The notes under the pieces are model-generated. The model searched no databases and had not been told where the DNA came from. It saw only the letters and a program-made list of their open reading frames with translations. Of a stretch of DNA of 64,000 bases, positions 54,301 through 64,000 are shown piece by piece. This DNA is from the human T2T-CHM13v2.0 reference genome, Homo sapiens: NCBI RefSeq assembly GCF_009914755.1, contig NC_060931.1; one strand, written 5' to 3'. A program made the translations under genes and the position numbers. Each line of letters opens with the position of its first letter. The stretch's first letter is position 1.

Positions 54301-55730
54301 GATAGCACAAGGTGAACAGTAGGTGCCAATTGGTTGATGATCTTATGTGCAAGGCCATTCATCTTTCCTCCCACTAGTCCCACTTTCCATGTATTGGTTC
54401 ATTGGGATCTGAAGGCTCTTCCTCTACAGGGAGGCAGGTGTGTAGAAGCCTTCTTTTTATCTGTCATTTTTAGTGTCCTTCTGAGCTAAAGGGTTGTGGT
54501 GAACTCTGTTTTCCTTTCACAGATGACTACAGTCATCTTTAGGTGACACATTAGTGTGGGTGACCTATACTTAGAAATGTGGTACATTTCAAAATGTATA
54601 AAGGGTTAGATAGCTCCTTCTCTGTGCTAAAACCAGGTAGTCTACACTAATTAGGTAAGAAAATAACCACATTCAGCCAAAGACATTGGGGAGCCATAGT
54701 TACAAAATATATTCCATCATTTTTATCTGTGTTTCCATATGATCACTACCCTTCAATTACATTTTTTATTTTTAGACCTAAAAATAGATCAGAAAGTTTT
54801 GCTTATCTTATTACATTTTCTAGAAAGACTTTATCAGATCTAGTCTTTTTAACTTTTTGTAGATTTATTCCATTTAAAATTAATTATTTCCTCTTCAGGA
54901 TTCTGAAGATAACATCAACTTTTTTTTTCAACCTGTATTTTCACAGAAGTAGAATCCAAAGGTACCTGCTTAGGATAGCTTTTCCCTTTAGCAGAAATAA
55001 ACAGACTAGCTGAGCAGCAGAAAAATCACTCATTATGTTCCGAAAAATCACAAATAATTGTCTGATAGATTGCTTTATATACAATGACCTGCCTTCCTCC
55101 TTGCCTAAGCCTGAAAGTCTGTCTTTAAATTAGGTTAGGAAGGAGTTATTATTATTTAAGATGAGAAAGGGCCTAGGAAAGAGGAATGACAATGGATGGG
55201 AAGTCATCAAATGGATGTGAATTTGCAGTGTGATAGACAGGGGGAAAATGGAGGGAGAAAAGAGAGAGAAATGGCTTGGTGTTTCATTCACTCACAGAAT
55301 CAGTTATGTCTTTGTCCATAACTAACATCTCAGAGAATCACACTCCTCTTAAAATGCCAGTTCTTTTCCTGGTATGTCAAGAGACATCGGCATTTAAATT
55401 CAGGAATCCTATTATATGATCTTACTACTCAGGTACTCACAAGTAGAATTTCATCTTTAAAATAGTCAAAAGAATTTTAGCCATATTTAGTCTTCCACGA
55501 AAGCCATAAAATGAACAATGCCAGTAACAATTATGAAACTAAATTGGCCTTATAAGAATAAAAAAATCAATTTTGCAAGTTTATATTCACAGTGACTAAT
55601 TTCCATATAAATAATCTGACTTTTTCCAGTCTAAAAAATGTGCCTGTATTCTCTTGTTTTTTTATATTTACAATCCTTGAGATGTACTTAGGTGGAAATA
55701 TTTGAAGGCACGTTGATATGTGTTGCAGTA

Positions 55731-55776
55731 TTCTAATTCTAATTATTTCTCTCTCTCTCTCTCTCTTTTTTGGCAG
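55731..55776 (+). promoter_or_regulatory. Tandem CTAAT branch points and (CT)9 polypyrimidine tract of exon 3
   Basis: ttctaattctaatt at 55731-55744, (CT)9 at 55749-55766, cag acceptor. Confidence 0.75.
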
Positions 55777-55832
55777 TATATCAGTTACAGCAAGAGGCAC
55801 CTCGTCCCAAGAGAATCATTTGTCCTCGGGAG
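55777..55832 (+). CDS. CHN2: Beta-chimaerin coding exon (exon 3 of the beta2 isoform), 56 nt, phase 1-0
   Basis: Acceptor (CT)9-ttttt-ggcag ends at 55776, donor gtcagt at 55833; joined to the previous exon it reads L Y Q L Q Q E A P R P K R I I C P R E, in frame, just upstream of the SH2 domain. Confidence 0.97.
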
Positions 55833-58739
55833 GTCAGTGCTCAGCTATTTCCAATACACCTTGTTAAATATGATGAATTGTCAGCACTATGTAGAGAGTG
55901 GAGGGATTTCAGGTTTCCTGGGAGTTGATTTCTATTAACATTTGTTGGAGTGTCAAAAAATTTAACATCTTCATAATCTATATTTTGACATCAGACATTA
56001 TTTAAAAAATACTAACAAACCAACTTGGACTCAGATGTCTCATATTTTTAACCATTGCCGAGACAAATTAAACAACCTTTGTAAACACCAAAAAATGTGT
56101 ATTCTGGATGTTTTCTTTGTTAATATCCTTTTGATTCTTTTAGCATTTTTTATTATGAAATGCTTACAGTAGAGAAAGTACAGGGAATAATAAACTTCTG
56201 GGTACTTTCAACGCCCATATTTAGTAAATCTTTATGCTTTGTCATATTTATATGACATTTTAAAATAATAAAGCCTTACAAAAAAGTGATGAGGTTTTAA
56301 TTCTAACTTTCCTTAGTTCACTAATCAGTTCTCTGATTGTGTGGGATGCCAGCAAGATTTGAAAGGCAGGACTAAGGCTCTATTTTCTTTTTATTCTGAT
56401 CAGTTTCTTTAATAGCATACTTAATATCCTTCAAATCAAAGGCCCATGGGTCCTTGCTTACTTTTGCTATTAATGGGATTAAATATAGAGCCACGGATAG
56501 CTTTTAAAGTGCCATGCATGCCTTATCAAGGGGGAAAGGCTCCAATTCCAACACTCTTGAGATTCACTCTTGAACATTAGTACTTTTTGGATCTGGTTTT
56601 GAACCTGTTTCAAAGACTTAGGTACCTGCATACCCATACTCAGAGCCAAGTTATCATGGTTTAATACATTTTTCTACATAAAATTTTACATCTGTTGAAG
56701 GGCAATGAAATTTATCAAGTCATCTCAATTTTAGTACACAGTAGACTTTCTCATCCTAGGCATGTGGCTGGAGAGGAGGAAATATCTGGTGCTTAAGGAA
56801 AAATCCAGGATGAGTTCCATTTATTTGGTACTCTGATCTTGTCCTGTCACTAACTCTGCGGTCAATATATTCAAATAATATATTCAATAATATGTTATTT
56901 GTTATTCAATAATCAAATCCAATGATATTCAATATTTTTTCAAATGAGAGAAAATAGGTAAATATAAATTTTTGAATGAGATGCACTAAATAAGGGTGTT
57001 CTCAGTGTGAATTAAGACACAAGTTGCTAAAATTTCCTTCACTCCTGCTTTTTACTGAGTGTTTCTCCATCAGAAAAATTATTGCCATGTGTAAGGAGGT
57101 AGAGGAGTTTAAATGTCTCAATGAAAAAAAACTTTGTAAAATTAGAATACAACTAAAGACTCTATCTAGGGGCATTAATAAAAAGACACTGGGCAAGATC
57201 AGGCACCAGAACTTGAAATGCAAACAGATAGTAAATAGTCATTCATTTATCTGTTTATTCTGTAAATATATATGGAGAGCCTACTGTATTTCAGCTCTGG
57301 CCTTGTTGTGGGGAATATAGCAAAGAACTTGGCTATTGGCATTTTGAATATCATAATAAAAGACAACAAAAGTATGATGTAATTAAATATATATTTAAGA
57401 TTTTGTCCCTGTATATGTATGTGCGTGTGAAAGAGACAGAAAAAGAGAGAGATAGAGAGAAAAAACCTCTCGGTTTCTCAAAATCCTTGGAACCATGTCA
57501 GTTGCCCTTAAGGCAGGTGGAGTGTTAGCAGTGGAGGTAGGCGATTCGGATTATCCTCTTACAAACTCTTCCTAGAGTTCCACTGAAACTCTTCAACCAT
57601 CCAGCGGGCTGAGGGTCCACTGCATGTCTGTTTGCTGTTGCAGTGCCATCACCATCTGCTGTGACTAAAGAATATGGTGCCCATGTCTCTTGTTTCCCCC
57701 TTGTCTGACTGTTAAACCATGCTCTTCACCTTTTGACCTTACCAATTTGATATATTAGTAAGTGACATTGGTTGATGCTTGCTTTCCTCTAGAATTCCAT
57801 ATCCCATTTCTGCCACGAAACCTAACGTGAAATGGAGATTCATCAGCTCCCTTTCCTCAGCAGGCAGCATGGGGCCCATCTAGCCAGGCAGGTGTCAGAT
57901 AGTAACAGGTCAAGTTTGCTGGAAGAACAGGTGCTGCTCAGATGAGTGTCTGCAGGAGTAGCTTCAGTTCCCTTTGTTCTCTAGTTGGTCCTCCAGTGTG
58001 ATGTTAACTGCAGATAGTTCCTGCCTAAATTCCCAAGCCTCCCAGGAGTTGGCCTCCTGCAAGTGAAGGCGCCACTTTCTCTTGCATGATGGTGAAACAG
58101 TTTTCCCCTACTACAGACGGTGCTTAGTCATACGTCTTGTTGTCTTGTAACACACTTGCATGCTTGGGAGACATGCCTAATGAAGACAGAAAGCCTTTCT
58201 GTGTGAGTTTGTGGCCAGGGAGATTGAAGCTTTATTTACATATTTACATAAAGCAGTAAAGGCTGTTTATTTTAAACAATGAGTTATAATTTTTTCTACG
58301 TACGTTTTCCTATTACATCTCATCCGTTAGCTAAGAGCCCGCATCTTCCTCTTCTACGCAGCTCTGGGCCCTTTTTCTTGGTCTTCAATCTATCTCCTCC
58401 CAGCTACTCTTCCCTGGTCCCTAGCGTGGTAGCTCCAGTATACTCAATCTCTGTTGTTTCTCTGATGACTCATACTTTCCCGGGCCATGGGCCTCTCCCA
58501 GATTAGGACCTGCCAGTTCAACGTGATAAATACCCACATTAGAGCACCAAGCAAAGTGTGCAATTAGAGAGATGTGGAACAGTGTCCCTCTAAGGTATAG
58601 ACGTAGGCCAGTCTGCCTTGATACATGGTGGTTATCAACAGATACCAACTACTTAGTAGACTTTGCTGCAGAGCTGGGTGAGTCAAGGGTACAGACTGAT
58701 TCAGCAGGCAAAACCCACATACTTAGCAAATCCAGGAAA

Positions 58740-58960
58740 GCAGGGAGCTCAGCTGCAAAGTCAGCTTGGACTTGCTTTGACTTCTTGCTCCACCACTTTC
58801 TAGCTACCTAACACAGAGCCAACCACTTACTCTCTCAGGGAGATTAAGGCCTAACCTACAGATAAGCATCTACTTTGCAGGGTTGCTATAAATGGCATAT
58901 GTGGGTCAAGTGTCCAATACAGTGCCTGCTGCATAATGGGTACTCAGTTAATGTTCATGA
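58740..58960 (+). mobile_element. MIR fragment
   Basis: ctccaccactttctagcta...catctactttgcagggttgct...acagtgcctgctgcataatgggtactcagttaatgtt. Confidence 0.6.
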
Positions 58961-59439
58961 TTCATGGCAGAGTCAGAAACCTGTGAAGAACAGGCTCTGA
59001 ACTGGTCATTAAGGACAGAGTCGAAGTGATGACAGTATTCTCTGAATGTAAGGGTAAGAGGCAGTGATCAAGAAGAAAGCAAGATGCCCAGGTCCAGAAT
59101 TAAGCAACCAGGAAAAAAGATACTGAGGATGAGGAACAGAAGGTACAAGCAGCTGAACAACAGCTCTGGCGCCAATTAAGCCAGGCAGGATCAGGTCGTG
59201 AAATAACAGTTCATTGCTTTCTTGAAGCTTTACTACTGCAAATTAATATTTATTGGGCAGCCGCAGCACCTGATGCTCTGCTGGCACTTCCTGAACACTC
59301 CATGCCGACAGATGCAAAACATCTTCCCATATGCAGAATTCTCACTGCTTTTTCCATCAACTATCAGTCAGTCACATCATAAGCATTTATTAGTTACCAA
59401 ATGTGTGCCTGGGTTGTCTGTCACAAACTGTGTGGAATG

Positions 59440-60440
59440 TTGACTCTCAAATTTGTTTCTCTAGCCAAGACCTCTACCCGGGGCTCCAGACACCTCTATC
59501 CACCTGTCCACTGGACCTCCTCAGGCCACCACCTGTCTCACAGGCCACCACCAGCCTCATGTTCAGAATAGAACTAGGCCCCGCTCCATTGGATGACACC
59601 TAACTTCAGAAACCTGTACTTCTCCCTTCCCTACCCTCACCCCTTTCTCCTCCATTCTTAGCATCAAGTCTATCTCCAAATATATCTCGCATTGTCCACT
59701 GTACTCTATCCCCATGAATGTTGTGTGGTTTGGGCCATTGTCATTTCTTGCCTGGATTTCATTGCAGGTAAAGAGCCTCCCACCTGATCTCCCTGCTTCC
59801 ACTCCTTGCAGCTTCCCTGCAGCTCACATATACACACACACATACACACTCCAGTCACCAGACAGGAGCCCAAATCATCATCGTTAAATATAAATTAGAC
59901 CCTTCAATAGCTTTCTGTTACTCTTAGTAACAAATTTCTTGCCGTGCCTATGAGCCATAGTTTGCCTCCTGTGTCTGTCACTGCCCTGTCTGTACCATTC
60001 TTCTCCAAGTGCACTGCCTTTTAGCCCCACTAGATTCTATTCCCATTCATTAAAAAAAAAGAAAGAAAGAAAAAGAAAAAAGCACTGTCACTATCACTGG
60101 GCCTTTGCACTTGCCCTTTGCCTGAAATTCTCAGACCCAGGTTCTCTGCACGTCTAGGTTTCAGGTCAAATTTCACGTAATAAGAGGCCCTTCCTAAACT
60201 CCATAAAAAAGTAGCACCTCCCCAACCCTTGGAGCGTCTCTGTCATATTGCCTTGTTTATTGTATCTGTGGCACTTTATATACTCTCTGATACACTTTCT
60301 TAACATATTTGATTGTTGCTTGTATATGCCTCTCCAGGAGAATACAACCTCCAGAGACTTCATCAGTCTTAATCATAGATATATCCTTAGCAGTGAGCAT
60401 AGCCAAGCAACAGTGGGGAATCAGTAAATAAATCAGTAAG
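59440..60440 (+). mobile_element. L2 3' region fragment
   Basis: gactctcaaatttgtttctctagccaagacctct...gctccagac...gagcctcccacctgatctccctgcttccactc...gggcctttgcacttgcc. Confidence 0.8.
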
Positions 60441-61025
60441 TTTCAAAATGATGAAAAAAAAGGATAGCGATTGCTAGCATAAGGAATTTGGGATTCTCAA
60501 ACTATTACTAATAGCATATCAGATTTACTCAATGCTGTTATTAGGATAGTGAGCTAGACTTTTGGCAGTTGTTAAGGTACTAACTTAAACACAGACTAAA
60601 ATTTTTTCCTGGACTAATCCAAGTTTCTTCTTGGCCTCTCCAAAAGGCCAAAATGGCAAGATTTACTTGTGTGACTCATTGAAAGTCAAGTTGCCCTAAA
60701 ATTACCTCAAGCCTACACTAAATAAGCAGAAGTTCTTTTGTGACTGTAAATGATTTGGTGTCATTTGTCTTTTTTGAAATCGCTATAGTGAATATGGGAT
60801 TATAAAAAGCAATTTCAAAAAAGGGAAATACAATGGCATACTATTATTTCAAGTTGTTCTCCATTTTATATAGCTTCATTTCCTTCTTGCTGTGGAATAG
60901 TCTATTTTGGAAAACTTTTTTAATGCAAAAATGGATGGTAGAGATTTCTAGCATTCATGATCAGAATCAGCTTTTTTCTTGATGGTCAGAAGTTAGACCA
61001 AGTACTGATGGCAGTGGCCAATCTT

Positions 61026-61319
61026 TTTTTTTTTTCTGAGGTGGAGTCTTGCTTTGTCGCCCCCGAGCTGGAGTGCAGTGGCGCTATCTTGACTCACCGC
61101 AATCTCTGCTTCCCAAATTCAAGCGATTCTCCTGCCTCAGCCTCCTGAGTGGCAGGGATTACAGGTGTACCCCACTGCACCTGGCTCATTTTTTTTTTAA
61201 GTAGACACAGGCTTTTACCATATTGGCCAGGCTGGTCTTGAATTCCCAACCTCAGGTGATCTGCCTGCCTCAGCCTTCCAAAGTGCTGGGATTATGGGCA
61301 TCAGCCACCACGCCCGGCC
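61026..61319 (-). mobile_element. AluS (Sx-like)
   Basis: Perfect 16-bp TSD ggcagtggccaatctt (61010-61025 / 61320-61335). Confidence 0.94.
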
Positions 61320-62581
61320 GGCAGTGGCCAATCTTAAGTTGGAGTAGTATCTCACTACCTTATTTTACCTTCCAGTGAATTGTATTCATTTTTTAAACAC
61401 TGCTTAAGTATTCCTACCCTCTTTTATGCAGTTTTCCCTAGTTTTTGGTGTTCTAAATATCTACTGATTTTACTCTTTTCTATCTTTATTTCTAAAAACT
61501 GTTCCTGTAAACCTTCGAAAGCATTCCATTTCTTCATTATGCTTTTTAAAATTGTATTAATCATATCTAGACTTCACAATCTTGTAGCTCGAGGACATTT
61601 ATCTTGTCTTAGGCACATCTGGAAGATCTTAACAGGCCATATTGATTGACCATATCATTTTCAACTAACTCAGTACATTTTGAATCACAGATTTTAAATG
61701 AACTCTAAGGGATTTTCTACCATTCCACAGTTCTCCCCCTTTTCTTCTTTTATTTATTGAAATAAATGTTTTAAAACAAAGTGCATTTGGGGGAACGTGA
61801 AAACTCTACTGATTTAAGACATCTCGACAAGGTATGTCTTAAAGTAATGAGATTGATTCTACAAGCCACAAACAAAAATCAATCTCATTACCTTTTAATT
61901 GGCTTTATGTGTAGTAATCAGAAGGCTATTTCTTCCCTTGCAGAAAAACTATTCCTTTTCTTTTCATCCTAGACTTTCTCTGCTTGTCTCTTTTTTTCCC
62001 CCTTAATGCCGACACAATCAAGAATGAAGGACTTTCCCATCATTATTCCTCCACGCTGTCATCTCACTCACTGATGCTGTCAGGCCTTTTTCTTGATGCA
62101 GTTTTCTTCTGAACTGGACTTGCTTTGGGTTTAGACCTGATGTAGTACAGGGGAAAAATCTAGTAACACCAATGTTAGAAATAAAATTTTGACATATGAA
62201 TTTTTTTCCCTAAAGATAGAACCAAATGTTTTCTGCTTTTTTTTTAAAAACAAAAAACTTTCTTTTTTATTGACAAGTACTGTGATCTACCAAAGTGCAT
62301 ACTCCCCCTGCCTCCAAATTCACTCTCTTTGGAATACTTTGAACTTCTTCTAAAATAATACAGATCCCCGCAAGTATGCACCTAGAACATATTTAGACAT
62401 TTCCAAGGTGAGGTCATAAGCGCTTGGGTAAGGGCTGTTGAGACCAAGCTGTTATGGAGTTCAGAGCCAAGGGGAGCAGGTGAGGTGAGCTGGAGAGGGC
62501 CACCAGAGAACAGTACATATGCCAAGACATAAGATGAGGCAAAAGTAGAATGAGGAAAGTAAATGGGAAATTAAACAGTGA

Positions 62582-63369
<788 letters not shown>

Positions 63370-64000
63370 TAACATCTCACTTGAAAAGGTATATTCCCTT
63401 AATTAGTAGAGTTGGAATACTATGTGGTATTGTTCATTGTTTTAGAAAAAAAGAACTGATAGCATCGTGTGTTACAACATGTGTTCTGCCATCCTCCTCT
63501 AGCCTATGACAGCTGGAACCCAAGATCCCATTACTCATTGATCTCAGGTGGTGGTGGTAGTGAGAGTGTGGATCCAAACTGAGACACAATTGTTATGCGG
63601 AGGTACTGGCTTTTGTAACACCAACCTTACTCATCCAAACACAGAGCAAATGTCACACCTCCATAGGAGTTGCTACCTACAGCAGCCCCATATTAAGTCT
63701 GCTCTGTGACTCAGAGGTCAGGCCCCACAAGTTTTGGGGTGTAACCAGGGTTATCCAGGAAAAGGAGCAGGTGCATAATGCTGGAGCTATAGTGAGGATT
63801 TAAAGACATGCTTCACATTTTGCTCACCTGGTTAAACTGTAACTGAGAAATAATGCTGATAAAGGCAGGTTATACTTTGCTCCAGATAAGCCATGTCTCC
63901 TACTGGCGTGTGGCCTGTCCAACCAAGCACTGAGAGGCTTGGACGTAGATTTCTGACCTTGATTCTGCTTTCCATTGGAAAAAATGTGGATGATGCAATC

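Noticed and set aside
54504-54660. Possible cryptic exon (acceptor tttcctttcacag, donor tag|gtaaga) and isolated acceptors near 34738 and 35863
   Set aside because: Pseudo-splice sites are abundant in long introns, and these lack additional supporting features
55721-55776. Upstream alternative acceptor tgttgcag at 55728, 48 nt before exon 3
   Set aside because: No pyrimidine tract, it lies upstream of the likely branch points, and use would introduce an immediate TAA
55720-55938. 72-aa ORF overlapping exon 3
   Set aside because: It is the +1 frame of the true exon extended into intron, with a non-ATG start; only the spliced part is of any interest

Overview
Primate (most likely human) genomic DNA, almost entirely intronic, within the + strand gene CHN2 (beta-chimaerin, a Rac GAP). 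Two short coding exons are recognisable: 42473-42511 (39 nt, DAEEYQPPIWKSY) and 55777-55832 (56 nt, LYQLQQEAPRPKRIICPRE), matching the N-terminus of beta2-chimaerin. The window therefore covers the 3' part of the long upstream intron, exon 2, a 13.3-kb intron, exon 3 and the start of the next intron. The rest is typical repeat-rich mammalian intron: about 24 Alu/Alu-monomer copies, MIR, L2 and old L1 fragments, ERV1 and MaLR solo LTRs, and MER5/MER58/MER47-type DNA transposon fossils. None of the ORF-track ORFs looks like a real gene. I cannot establish a new biological system from sequence alone. The best leads are (i) a candidate hidden splicing layer in the long intron (a recursive-splice-like AG|GT site at 4248/4249, frame-breaking micro/cassette exons at 9097, 21576 and 23422, and oppositely oriented Alus bracketing exons 2-3); (ii) a ~200-240 bp non-transposon local duplication (50782-51021 vs 52245-52448) that looks younger than the repeats between the copies; (iii) a perfect 22-bp hairpin in an old MER47-type transposon. 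Repeat subfamily calls come from recalled consensus features, and boundaries of old elements are approximate.
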